From: Raillietiella orientalis | Lineage: Eukaryota | Reading direction: 5' to 3' | Assembly (NCBI GenBank): GCA_036172245.1 | Contig: JAYWIR010000032.1 | Span: 496,001-560,000, forward strand | Length of the DNA: 64,000 nt | Shown: positions 49,900-62,774 of the stretch, piece by piece | Position numbering within the stretch: position 1 is the stretch's first letter | Layout: every line of letters begins with the position of its first letter | Program-made: the position numbers and the translations under genes | Notes under the pieces: generated by a model | What the model saw: only the letters and a program-made list of their open reading frames with translations | Told to the model about the DNA's origin: nothing | Databases searched by the model: none

Positions 49900-52800
49900 C
49901 GAGGGGTCCTCGGACTACTCTTCGTAACTCTGGAACAAGATGGCGCTCGGAAAGGGCTGTGGAGAGTGTGCTGCCCCCTCGGTCTTTTCCCCGTGCCGAC
50001 TCAGGCGACGCGGCGAGAGGGAGGCTGCCGAAAGCAGGCTACCGAACAAGGAAGGAAGAAAGGAACAGCTGAGGGAAGCCTGGACACCGGCTGGAAAAGG
50101 CCGCGACTTCGGGAGACTGTTATCTGGAACACTTTCGTGGTCCCCCTCCTCCGCCCCTTGTTTTTTGTTTGTGCACCCTTCTACGAGGCCAAGCAGCGGG
50201 CTCAGCGCCTTCTGAGAAACGCTCTTTGGGGATCCGCGAGCTCCAGGGTTCGCCTCAAGGACTTGGAGGCTCTATATCGGGATGCTGGCTTAGGCATCCT
50301 GACGCTAGAGCGAATCGGTCTGCACGTGCAGTTTCGAATACTGGCACTCGGTGCCCAGCTGTGGACTTCTCCGTTGTGTGAGCCTGCACGCATCATCCTG
50401 TGGATATGCGCCGTAAGCGAAGGATTGCTCTCGCGGCTGCCGAGCTCGCGTTACAGGATGCGGGGGTTCGACTTCACCCTCAGGCAACCCGCCTCTCTGG
50501 TGGAAGCCCAACAGTGGATCTCGTGCCGCCCAACGAACTTCAATGCCTGGCGGCAGAAGGCTGTTGAATCCTGGACTGCATTCCAGGATCTGAAAGAGCC
50601 TGAAGATTCGCTGAAGATCTTCACCCTCTGGGGTATCTGTTGCCACGACCTCCGGAAGTGGGGATACAGGACGCGGTGAAGTTTTCGATCCTGGACTCCA
50701 CACTCCTCATCGCAGCGCTGTCTGCCCTCAGGGCAAGAAACGACAGTAGCCAACCGGCGAGGTGGAAGGTTTCCTGCACTATTGCCGGAAATACGAAACT
50801 CCTCGGTGCCTGGAAGACATGTGAGTTGGTGAACACTGCCACTCCGCGTTCTGTGGCGAAGGGACTCCTTCGGTGGGAGAACTTTTGAGTGTTGTCCCTG
50901 AAGAACTTGTGGTCCTCCCCCATTATGTGGATGGTTCGTTGTTCGCTCTCTACTGGAAGCAGGCCGTACTGCTCTTCATCCACTGGGGATTCCAGTGTAA
51001 CCAGCGACGGCAACACGTTTGCGGTGGGGTTGCGTCAACGAACTGTGAGAGGTGCGGGTCGATCGGGCCGATCCCGCACCTGCTCTTGGACTGAGTGCCC
51101 TCCAGAAACTGTGGCGGAGGCTGACGACAGCACTCCTGCACCAGGAAGATACCGCCTAAGACCTGCTGAGACTATTCTTCGCTCAGAGAGGCCTCTGGTC
51201 CGACGGGCACTGTTATTGCAGCCATGGTTTGCATCCGTGTCATCGTTGGGGTCAACTGGTGTTAGAAACCACCACGCAACGAAGGGAGGATGGCAGCCAC
51301 CTACATCAGGATGGCTGCAACGTAGCCTCACCTGGAATAGGAAGCCAAGGGGGAGGCCACCGGCATCCACCGCCGGCTGATGGACGGTTAGGAACGGCGA
51401 AATCGGTGACCCTTGTCCCTCCCCTCCCTTTGTTCTTTTTTTTTAATATATATATTCCCCACCCCCATTTTGCTCCTTTACTTTGTTGATGTTCTTTGTT
51501 TTTATCTTGGTGCATACGGAGCGCAACTAAAGACCTCTGCCTCTTCCCACCCATTTTGTTTTTTTGTTGCCCTATTGTCCCTCTCCCCAATTCCGGACTC
51601 TCTGTTGTCCCGGCCTGCGTGCCGGTGGATCCTCCTCATTGTTTCTTCTAGTGTCGGTTGGGAACTTTGTTGCCAACTGGTTTATTTTTATAAAATAAAC
51701 TCCCCAGGGTGACCGGGTGAAAAACTTCGGGAGACCGTGGTGAGTTTGGTCGCGGCTCTCGAAGCAGGGCAGGGTACGAAGGGAAATCCCGGCCCCCAAA
51801 ACCGCGTGCCTCAGTGCTGCTGCAACCTGCTTGAAGACATGGAAACACCGTCTTCTCTGATCTCCTAGGGCACTTGAAGACGAGGGAAGTTCTTGAAGGA
51901 AGGCTCAGCAGCAGAGGAGAGCGAGCTTCCTTCCCACGCTCAACGGAAACGGGATCGGAAGGCACTTCCCGGAGATCCTTAAGGATGGGAAGTGAGGGGA
52001 GGGAAAAGTCCCAAATATCCCAGAAGAGGACTGCGCACGGGATTGTGGCGGGGCATGCTCGCAGGTGTGCAGTCGTCGATCCGATCTCACGAGTGCACAG
52101 CACGTTTTAAGAGCGTTCGTTCTCGGAATGGAAGGACGCTGCGTATCTCGGAACAAAGATGTAACCAAGGACCGTGGCTTCCGTGGTTCGCAGCGAACAA
52201 TCCCTTCCACGTTCCCTTAGTCGATTCGACTTCAGTGCTACCGAGAAAGTTGTCATCCTCTGGTTCGGGAGACCAGTCTCAGGGAGACCAGAGTGGTCGG
52301 AGTGGACCAGAGTTGTCCTCGCTGGGGAAGGAAGAAAGAATGGTGAGGCCGCGTTCCTTCGCTTTTGTTAGGTTTTGTGCCTGGGCATCGCCTCCTCTTT
52401 GCATAATCTCTGTTCCTCTTCCGTCCGTTGCCCCAGCAACAACGCTCTCCCGTCCTCGTTGCTCCCACGTTCCACCCTTTTTCCGTCCTCCCACCCCTTT
52501 CCGTCCACTTCCAACAGTAGTGGGAAAGGAAGGCGTCTGGAGGAGGGAAAGTTCGGCCTCCTGGAAGAGTGCAATAGAGAACCGGAATGGAAACAGGTCT
52601 CGTCCTCGAGTCTCCTTTGCAAAGGTTCTGGAAACGGCCGGAGGGGACCCAGCATCTCATCCCAATGGATGCCACCTGTCGTTTTCCAGAAGTGACGGAT
52701 GAGGACTGGGCACCCTGGGCATCAGGACATGCTGAGTTTCGGGGACGGGTAGGGCTCTATAGGTTTCAGGAAGATCTAAAGGTTACTCCGAAAGGTCCAC

Positions 52801-52950
52801 TCGCGGAAACGGGAGACCTCCCATTTTGCGAGCCAGCCACTCGCTGTCTGTCCTCCAGAACCTCCTCGTGCAAAAGGGATGACGCTCCCGGATCGGTTGT
52901 TCGGCGACCCCCCGGATCTCTTCGCTATCAGAATCAGGAAGGGGAAGAAG
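49900..52950 (-). mobile_element. Decayed L1/Tx1-like element (ORF1 zinc knuckles, then APE start), interrupted by copy E
   Basis: TCFHSGSLLHSSRRP and YCWKW..G (degenerate CCHC knuckles), then VLFWDIW, AFLQEL, SSTEARG (APE WN/LQET/RG motifs). Confidence 0.5.
50121..51723 (+). mobile_element. 5'-truncated L1/Tx1-like LINE, divergent subfamily, copy E, with a 15-bp TSD
   Basis: TSD ACTTCGGGAGAC(T/C)GT at 50106-50120 / 51724-51738; LYRDAGLGILTLE (GGLG-like) and NCERCGSIGPIPHLLLD (zinc finger); ends GTGACCGGGTG plus a short A-run. Confidence 0.82.
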
Positions 52951-54561
52951 TTTGAAGAGAGAGAGGTGCGTGAGCCTCGTCGGGCCGGCAGATCTCTCGA
53001 GAAAGAGCAGAGGAGCCATGGCGACGACTCTCTGAGGACGAGACGGTTTGAGTTCGGGGATAATCCCAAAAGGAGCGAGAAACTGAAGCAAGATTCACTT
53101 ACTGGAAATGTGGCAGATAGGTGACTTTTATGTAGAAACTTTTTCTGCCGCCTTCGCATGGCAACGGACATTTTATTTAGTTTCTGGAGCATCTCTCGTA
53201 GCGAAAGAAAAAGGAACCCAAATGAAAAGAAGAGCTCACCACGCTTTATTGTTATTATTTCTATTTTCCGTTGGATAAATCCCCAAAAGCTTGTAAGGGC
53301 ACACGCGTTTCCCAAAGAGTGAAAGGTGACAAGGAAGAACGAACTTGTTTCCTCAGCAGAAGACAAACTGCCAGAAGGAGTCTTTTTTCTAAAAGAGTCG
53401 GTTTCGCTTTCTCGTCAGCGGAGTCAGAGACGGAAAGATAGTGAAAAGAAGGAAAGATGGAAAGATGGTGAGTTCTGCATGCTGCCCAACGAGAGACGAT
53501 TCTGCTCGTGGTTCATCCGACGCGCAGCCTCGGTTCTTGTGAGCAAACCGTCTTCTTGAGGGCACCTTACTGCGGAAAAACGATCTCAATATACATATGC
53601 AGTGGTAGCGACTTCCAACCGGCCTGCCCCAAGTGCGGCTTCGTGGCGTGACGTCAGAGCGCGCGATCGGCACGGCGGCTAACAGTGCGATCGAAAACCA
53701 CGGTGGTAGAGACTTCAGGCCGACCAGCCTCGAGTCCACCTTGGCAGGAAACGTGGAGGCTTGAAGCGATCTGGTGTCGAGTCACTCACGCTATGGAAAA
53801 AAAGAATATTCAAGATAAGTGCAGTGGCGGTCTCTCTGAAATATCCACTGGGAACGTAGTGGTGATCTGGAGCATCTCCGCTTATGGTAACCTGTGACGG
53901 CCATCCTTACTCTCTCCTCTTTCCCACCTCAGAACGTGCCTCTGAAACTCGGAAGTTTGAACATGAACTAGTTCATAGTTCATGTGTACCACATTTTCGC
54001 CATGTCGGTAAGCGATGGACTCGGATCGAGGCATGAAACTCAGATGTGATACGTGATGAACTCTTAACTGCGGCTCCAGAACCCATCTAGATTGGATTCA
54101 TTGACTTCACTTTCCCAAATGCAATCGTCAGAGTTCGCCCACAACTTCTGCCGTGGAATGCCAGATCAAGGAAGGGCGAGACAAAAACAACCTCTCGCTC
54201 ACACGGTCGCACCCGTCCGTAGCCACAGGCTTCAGCGGTGGCCGTTGCACTCCTGAGTGGGGCTCCGGAAATGCTCCGAGTAGAAAGGAGAAGCTCCTGA
54301 GAGGGTTGCCGGAGAAACAACGAGTGAAGTAGAAAGAGAGAGAAAGATAAAAGGACCTCTCGCATTCAAGGAGCACCGAGAAGGGAATATCCATTTATTG
54401 TTTTGGGGATTTCAAAAAGGGAGGCGTTTTCTGCTGCTTCTATGACCTATAGCTTCGTCGTCATCGTTGTGAGAGAAGATCTAGTTTTCATTTTGATCTA
54501 AGCCAAAAGAACGGACTGGTTTTCAAGAATGTTCATGAGTGAAGGTGTTGCTCTTGCAGGG

Positions 54562-54634
54562 TGAAACCGCCAGGATTCGAACTCGCGAACTTCCAGCGAA
54601 GCACTGGGATCTCCTCTGTACGGACCAGCTCGCC
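54562..54634 (-). repeat. Degenerate tRNA-like sequence (pseudo-tRNA or another SINE head)
   Basis: Minus strand GAGTTCGAATCC B box; no convincing cloverleaf. Confidence 0.35.
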
Positions 54635-54639
54635 TGCTC

Positions 54640-56420
54640 AATATTCCATGTTGCACGAGGACTCAAGGCTGCTGCATCTTTTGGAGTCTTGCTCTTTGAT
54701 GTTTGAAGTATGTCCTAGCCAGTGACTCCAGTAGAATTTTGGCTCTTCTGAGTCATTGGAATCCTGGCTGTGTTGGATCCTGGATGGTGCCATCACCATC
54801 CTGAGGTGGCTTGCGTACCTTTTCCAAATCTCCAGCTCTTGAAGAACATCGTGGTGCTTGGAATCCCAGGATTGCAGGGAGTTTTGGTTTCCCGTGAGAG
54901 AAACCAAAACGCCACGAGCGTTGCCACCTTCGCGTGACTTATGGAGCGCTGCCGTTGCGTCTTTGAACCAGCAGTATGCATGGTGCAGATGGCGCGGTTC
55001 CTTCTTTTCAGAACGGAGTCGATTCACTAAGGTGACTCCGCTTCGAACGTCCCTCGGCTTCTCTCCAGCATCGCTAACTTTCCACGCTCTGCCTTTCATG
55101 TGGCAAGTGTGCTCCGCTCTTGACATCCGCCATCTCAAGCGGACTTAGAAGAGCTCTCCTGAGTGAAGCTGAGTGCAAGACTATTGTGGTCACGCTTCTG
55201 TCCTGTGCGATGGAGAGATGCTCACTTGCATCTGATCGTCTATGTGGTACGGATTACGACTTAAACAGATCTGTGCCTGAAAAGAACGGGAAAAAAGCAG
55301 AAGCAAGCAACTTGTGCAGAGGACTTTGAAGTTCTTCCAAAAGGTATGCTGAAAGTGTCTTCAACTGTCCAAAGAGGCGAATTGGGTGGTTAGCTCGTCT
55401 CTCCTGTGTTTGAACGTGAACGCATGAAGCATTGCCCAGCAAGACACTTGGCTCCCATCGAGACATTTTTGTAGCAGCTCCTCGATTTCTGCTGCTTAAG
55501 GGAAGCGGCGCAACTGTGCCTGAGCTGGTGGAGTCTGTCTGCATCCTACCGATCTGTCGGAAAGGGGAGAGAGACCTCCCGTTCCAGTATCGATGGGCTC
55601 TTGAGTTCCTCCAGTGCTTTGGAAACTCTCATCCAATAAGGTTCTTTAGCCCTCCAATCCTTTATTCTCATTGATTCTCTCAGCTGACACGAGCTATCAC
55701 GCCTTCCTGAATGAGAAACATCTTTTGTTTTCCAACCCAAAGACCCACGTGTCTTTTCTACTGATGCTTTATCCTGCCCATGATGTTGGTTCTGCAGTCA
55801 CCGATCTCCTTTCAACCTCTTTGCAATCGTGGATCGGTGGATCTCCGCACTAAAAGAAACTATCAGTCCCTCCAGCCATTCGTTTGCAGAGGATGAAATT
55901 GCGGTTTTCCATGGAAGCCGGTGGCTAAACCAGCTGATCTAGTACATCCACCACGAATGCTGAATGTTGAAGCTAATCATCTCCTTCTTTGGATGTTGCT
56001 CTTTCATGCTGGAAACGTTGAGCACCATGAAGATTTCGTCGCTCTTGGGATTCCAGAATTACCAGGACACTACGTCCAGAGCGGGCACGGAGGCCAGCTG
56101 TAAGACAACTAAGGAAGACATAAGCTTTCCTTCCTCCGTTTCACTTTCTCCAAAGCTATCGGATGAGCTTCCTTGTTGATATAAGAACTTGTTCCTTAAC
56201 TTAGAAACATGGTGCAACTGGTGTTTGCAGTCGATTCCCGGCGTTGGTTGGCTGGAGGTCCCTGTTTTTGCGTCTTCCTTTCAAAATAGTGCATTGGAGC
56301 GTCTTGTCTCCTGGTGGTGGTGGGTTTCCATGTTTGTAGATCAAGAATGCATAGAAGAGATTTCCATTTAACAACGCATCTTCTGAAGGTGTGGTCCATC
56401 ACGAACCTAGTGGGTGTTTC
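54640..56420 (-). mobile_element. Decayed Ty3/Gypsy pol remnant (RT, RNase H, integrase order)
   Basis: KSLLCILDLQTWKPTT..DAPM (RxCxDYRxLN..T..D.P), KALEELKSPSIL (AFxxLK), QTDSTSSGTVAPL (TDAS), LKTLSAYLL, then an integrase-like stretch at 54640-55140. Confidence 0.5.
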
Positions 56421-57099
56421 TCATACCGGTAGCCCATTTAGCCTCGGACCACCGACCAAGAACAGACGATCTGATAAGCTCAAGGGTTCTTCAAAAAAGA
56501 ACTAGTCTACGCATGGTGATGGACTAGTGACATCACGTTCCTCTGATTCGTTGTGTGCTTTCGTTTCTGTGCCTTGAACCGTGCAGAAGCTCCAGGTGAA
56601 TTTCGGTCTCGTGATGCCACCTAAAGTGGACAATCTAACGGTTGTTTTGAGTTTTTCTTTCTCGGTGGTTCAATGAGTATGCAAAAGACAGGATGCCTGA
56701 CACCTATCTATGTCATGTGTTTCTTATATCGTTTCTTGCCCTGCTGAGCTTTTCGGCAACCACACTGGACATGAAAATCTCCTAGGTTTCGGTCAGCAGG
56801 GAGAAACTCAATTGTTTTTTCCTCTCGTGAGGCGCAGAATCTCCCGGAAAAGGTCTAGAGATGTTGAATTGAACAGCTTGAAGCAGTCATGTTGCCAATG
56901 ATACTACTTTTTCATCTGCCACTGGTTTTCTTCTTCCATCTTTGTGGTTACAGATCAACAGCCTCCTTCTCGGCAACAGATTCAACATCAAAATTCAACT
57001 GCAAAGTTATCGTTGGTGCTCTTGGGCGAAAGTCGGATCATTACAGCGGACGTTGCTTGTCCAGAACCCTGCAACAACAGTGAAGGATTCAAGACAGCT

Positions 57100-57420
57100 C
57101 CACAAGAGGAATGCCTAACAGTGGATCTTCACTCTTCCGAGGGAGTTCCCGTGTCAGCTCAAGCGCTTACAGTGGAATCACTGAACCCAGGAACGATAAG
57201 GTGTAGAGAGAACTAGACATTCTTAAGAGCCAAGTGGAGCACCTCAGAAGAGTGAAGGCATGTTCCACATCTGACATTCAGTCCGCATGAACTGGAAGCG
57301 AGACCCACTGTCCGTGATGAGCAGCCCAACGAGAAGCATAGAGACTTCCTAAGGATAAGATGGAAAGGATGGCAATGCTTCCGAATGAGGAGATTTTCTA
57401 CCACATCACTGGTTCCGCTG
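57100..57420 (+). mobile_element. Possible BEL/Pao LTR RT remnant
   Basis: VDLHSSEG...ESLNPG, ACSTSDIQSA (ADIxxA), EKHRDFLRIRWKG..FRMRR (DRDxLRFLW..YRxxR). Confidence 0.4.
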
Positions 57421-58770
57421 AAGGGGATGTTTCTGGAATCTTTTCACATGCTGATGTTCTGTCGGTGGTCTCCATACAACACCATCAGAAGCGATTCAGT
57501 GTTCTTCTGTGTTGTTTGTAGGTTGCCTCTCGAGTTGTTACTCTGAATCGCAGAACTTCCACTGTTTCGTCAGCGAGCGAGTAAAGATGTATCTCGTCTC
57601 GAGTCATTGGTTCCAGTTTCGAATTTCTAACACGCTTTGCATAAGCTATCAAGCAAAGAAATTTACGCCTTCACGCTCCGCCGTTGGAGGTTATCTTCCC
57701 GAATTTTCCAAGATTTTGACTATTCGTCTGTTCAGAATCATTGGTTAGCGATTGATTTAGTGGAGTCGGAGGGAAAGCGGTTTCTACCGCGGAGGTATAG
57801 GAGCTGCAGGAAGAGAATTATAGTGAGTGGATGAAAGAATGAATGAGGGAATGGAAGTTTGGATGAATTCCAGGTGCCGATTATTTAGTGGACGGAGACT
57901 AATGTGCAAGAGTTTGTGATATTAGTAAGGATGTTAAAATGAATAGGCAGACGATGTCATAACCACTGCAATGTAGCCGTCAAGGAGGATGAAGTGTTCC
58001 ACGATGGAGGGTCACTTTTGGTATGCTCAGATGAGATGCCTTGCTTCTTGTATCACTCCACGGGCTGCTACGTTATTCTTCATTCATTGCCTCAGTCATT
58101 TTCTACGTTGCTCTTGAAAAAATCAGCGTAGAGCAGAACTTACGTTTAACGGCAGCATTTGAGTTTGTTTTGTGCGCTCGCTTCTCAAAGAACCATTTTC
58201 TCAATGTTTCCTTTATCGTCCTTACAGAATTGTCGGTCACGTGAAGCTTGATGTCGTGCTGTTAGAGTGCATCAATCAAGGCTACTTCTCTTGGAGGCAT
58301 GAAGCAGGAAAGGCTTCGAATACCACATGGAAACTGTAAGTGCACAAGCAACTCCAGAGTCCTTTCTTCGTTTTCTCGGTTCCAAGTCACCGAGAAGCGT
58401 TCTAGAGCCTTCTTGGCGTTCTCACCCGTTTCAAGGGCACGTTTTCAAAGAGCTGTTGCAGCGTGACACTCTGGCGTGTCTCTTGTGCTGCTTCTCTCCA
58501 AGCATTTCTCCGGATGAAGGGGATTCTGCTTTGAAGGAAGCTGCTTACAGGTCGATCACCTGCTAAGGATGTGGATGAGGTCTCTGAGAAAAAGAGAATG
58601 AAAAGAGAAAAAGAGAATTCGTCTATTCCGTTGTGCAAATGAAGATTGTAGGGGACTCTTAGGAGTGCATACATATGCGTACAGCGTGAACCATCGCAAC
58701 GTTTCGCCATGAAGCTGAACTTACTACGGGTCGGTTTGAATTCGCTCGCCGTTTCAAGGGGCTCGTCCAA

Positions 58771-58810
58771 CATATATATATACATATACATATATATATA
58801 TATATATATA
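58771..58810. repeat. (TA)n microsatellite
   Basis: catatatatatacatatacatatatata... Confidence 0.85.
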
Positions 58811-59659
58811 ATTGTAGGTATTGAGAACATGAGAATGAGGTTACCATAGATTTGGTTGGGAGGAATACATGGTGCGGATTACCTCTGATGAGCATTGGGA
58901 ACGCGAATGTGCGTGTACAAGTGAGCGAAGACAGGGGATGCGTAGAGGTAACGATCCACTGAGCCATTATGAGCAACCATAGTAATCATCTCGTGAGAGA
59001 GGGTCAAACCAGGGCCATAAGCAACGAGTTTACATGGGAAACGATATTGTTTGAAAGTTCTGCAACTGCTCTTGGAAGCTGTGCGGAGCTCGAGATGCGC
59101 ACCTTTCACGTCTTGCAGATGGACTCGAATCGCGACGAGCCCAGCCAAGAGGGTTGCACAGGACAAAAACTGGGACCACAGAGTGCTGACAAAGAAGCCG
59201 CAAGGTCGACGTTCCAGGAGCAGGAAAAAAGAACGCCTGAGCATCTTTTCTTTCCCACGCCGTGGAAAGAATCTCCCTCTGCGATCTTTACGGGAGAACC
59301 TCCCAACCCATTTCGCAAGCCTTTCGAGTGACTTCTTCAACACCGACTCGCGTGCCCAATTTTCCGCAGCATCACCTTGCTAAACGAGTCGTTCCCCTCC
59401 TCTCCTGCTGCAACTCCGAGAAGGGTGGGGTGAGGTGGAGAACCCAACCTACTGCTTGTTGCTACGGGACATGGACTCACCTAGCACCTGTCGTGGTCCA
59501 CTTCGCCTGCCAGAGCACGAGTTCCACTTTGGTGAGGGAAGTCTGAAGGTCTGTAGGGGTCGGTCCGTAGGGGTCAAATTTCCGTCAAACCGAACAGAGC
59601 TCTAAACTCGGGGAGCCTTCGTAATGCGACAAACTGATCACGTCACCCGAGGAGCCGTG

Positions 59660-59730
59660 TGTATTGGGCTTCGAACCCACTTCTTTCTGTGTGTGCGCTG
59701 AGTTTTCACTCGCTACTCCAATGAACACCA
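59660..59730 (-). repeat. Degenerate tRNA-like sequence
   Basis: Minus strand GGTGTTCATTGGAGTAGCG...GTGGGTTCGAAGCCCA; A- and B-box-like. Confidence 0.3.
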
Positions 59731-60329
59731 TAGGTGGGCTAGGGGGCATACGTAGAGGGCGCTATTCAGGATATTAATGGATTTGTGGGATCTGCTGGCC
59801 TTCAGCCTGTTCATTCCTGTCAGAAAGACTCGGCACTCCAAGAAAGCTTTGCATTATGGAGTTACATACGAACACTCCTTCACAGCATCAGAAGACTGTA
59901 GGTAAAGGGAGGAGAGCAAATGTCTTGGATTGGATCTTCACTTTGACTCTTAAATAGTCCGGAAAACCGTGAAAACGTGTTGTGGAATGCCTGGAATCGT
60001 GGGAACCCGTGTATGACTGCATGCCGAGGACACCAAGGATCCCAAAGAAGGAAGCTGATGACTTCAAGAAAGAGCGGATGCGCACAATCATCCAATATAT
60101 AAAACATTTTCTGAAAGACCGGGATGCAGTTCATCTTTATCAAAAGAATGCAGGTCTAGCTAAAGAGGGTGATCTTTTCTGAATTATGGGCGAAAAGGAA
60201 GGTTTCAGCATCCTTTGCCGTGATCAATTGTTAATAAAATTCTCCGGATGCACTGCGGACTACCTGCTGCCTCTGCTCATATCGTCGCTGGTGCCTATCT
60301 GGTGCTCTAGGTGCTTCCTCTGGTTGCTG

Positions 60330-60800
60330 CGTTAGGAACACAGTCCGTCTGTGCCGTAATGCTGGAGCATCCGATTTGGCTCCTGGTTCGGTCTGCCTGT
60401 TCCGTTGTAGGGGATCTCGAGCTCGTGTTGGGTTTCCCTCCAAGCCACCTGCTGCCGATGCCTGGAGGAGCGATGGAGAGTCACTTCGCGATGTCTGCTG
60501 CTCTTCCTCTGCCGCGTCTCTCTGAGCGCCGTGCACGATCCTTTCAAAGGGGCAGCAAAACCTCCGGGATGGATCTTCTAGTGTTCCCTTTGGAAGACCA
60601 GCCAGATCGCGTTGTCGTCTTGTCACAAGCCGCCAGCTCACAGTCTCCTCGGCCCACTTGGCTGCCTTTGGTTCATTTTGTACCGCAGCGTCTCGTCCGA
60701 CTCCGCGCATCTTCTGTAAGGGCGATCAGAGCCTTCCCTGGGAAGCGCTGATCTCAAGCCTCGTGCGTTGAAGAATTCAGAATGCGGAGACGGTCATAGG
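60330..60800 (-). mobile_element. Possible RLE-type (R2/R4/NeSL-like) non-LTR C-terminal remnant
   Basis: RTRLE, YRRCAESDETLRYKMNQ (CRxC..ETLxH), DNAIWLV (RHN-like), ELEIPYNG. Confidence 0.3.
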
Positions 60801-62774
60801 ACGCAGCGCTCACGAAGACAGGCCAAGACAAGCAAGGGCAAGAACCCTTGAGCAAGAACACCACAAGAACTCACTTAGTCTTGAGGCATCTGGCCCTTTC
60901 ATCTGCCCGAGAGAGCAGGGAGACTTCAGACGGATGCAGAAAGTCGTCGGACTCGAGAGAGCAAAATCCAGGGCTTTTCTGGGATCTAGGTAACTCCCAG
61001 ACAGCGCGCTCTGTTCGCTCGACCTATTGATCAGCGTATTGCTAGGAAGGATCTGCGTCCCTGGATGGGCGGTTTCGCCATTTGGAAACTCTCGCGACTG
61101 CGGTTCGGGAAGGGATCGTTTCTCACCTCCGCGGCGGTCCACGGTGGAGAAGCCTTCGATGAGAGACGAAAGATCGCAAGCATCTAGCAAAAGTTAAAAG
61201 TAGACGCAAGCGCTGCACCCCCCGTTGCTGAGAGCAGTTTAGTTCTTTCTCTGAGGAAATCACAGCATCGCGTTCCAGCTCGAAGAAAGGGAGGATTCAT
61301 GAGCACCCCGATGAGACTGCGTGAAACCCGAAGATCGGCAGGAATGGCGACGGAGAAACAGGAGTCCCTTAAGTGACGGGTGTGCTCCTTCTCGATACCT
61401 CCACCACTCAGGAGGCGACACAGGGAACGGAGCAGCCATGGTCACGGGTGGAGAGCAGACGAAATGTGCCGTTCTTCTGCACAGCGAACAAAGATCGAGG
61501 GGCAGGAACAGCTCTGATGCTCCGCTGCCTGCAATCTGCGCTGCCATCGGTGGAACGCACTGGGTACGTTGCACGAAAGCGCGCGAAACGCTTGCGTGCG
61601 CAAGCCGAAGTCACTGATGTCATAAGCGAGAAGCCAGCTCTCGCAAACCCGGAGGTGTCTCTTCCGCCATCAAGGGGTTCGTGAGGAGAACAACGGAGAG
61701 GACGAGATATTTGGAGAGGACCACCTAGCTACGATGTTTTATCCTTCGGCATTTCATCTGTCTTCTGTCAGTGAGAAGCGAAACAGATACAGAGACTCCT
61801 GCTTCCTTCGGTGTCGGGTATAGTGGTTCTTGCACTTGGAAGGGCTGATCGCTTCCAGAACCACGGAGAGAACGAAGTGCAAATGACTCTTTCGCGAGAG
61901 CGGGAAGTCGCAGTACTGTTGTGGCATCTGTCACCCTTGCACAAAGAGAGAGCACAGAAAAAAGATCCAGATGTGATTTACGATGCGAGGTGGCCTTCAT
62001 TTCTTTCTTTCTTGAATGCTGGAAGCTGTTGACTGGGTGTCGAGAAGCCTTCTAGTGAAATGGTCGGCGTACTGAAAACGATAAAGAGATGATTTTCTGG
62101 TGACTTGGAGAAGTCCTGCATTTGAGGGATCTCACATATACATTCACAGAAGAGCAAAACGCGGCAAAGCAAGAGTACCGTTCAATGGGTCTTGGGTTGC
62201 GGAAATTCACGTAGATGACAAGTGCCAAACATGTCAACAAACAGAAAGTGAGCAGCCGAAACGTCTACTGTCGAAATCCATAGCGCAGACAATCTTGACG
62301 TACATAAGCAGAAACGGATGCATTCTGCCAAAAATGAGGAAGACATGCAATGCTTGCTCCTTAAAGACTAGTGGGATGAATAGAATGGAGTCAACTGATC
62401 CTGTGCGTCTTATAAGAATACTGAAAGCGAGGAGATTGACTGTCAACTCGAGAAAGCTGTTCCGGGGCTGAACACCACTAAAGAAGACCATGCTCGCTGC
62501 CAACAAGCAGAGGATGGCAAGGAGCAAAGCTGGTACTAGGCAGCGGAAATGAAAACCTGAGTTGTTCTCTTGGGTAGTTACGGGGATAATCAAAGACTTT
62601 GGGGAAGGAAAGGTTGGTTAGCAAAGAGCGGCTGCGAAAGTTACGGAGGAGGTGAGGTGAGTCTTAAAGCCCGCGTCTTAGAGAAGTCTTAACGGAAGAG
62701 GGACGATAAGAATATGCGAAGATCTGATTCATCCCACGTGCAAAGGAGACAGAATAAAAGTCCACAATGAATAG

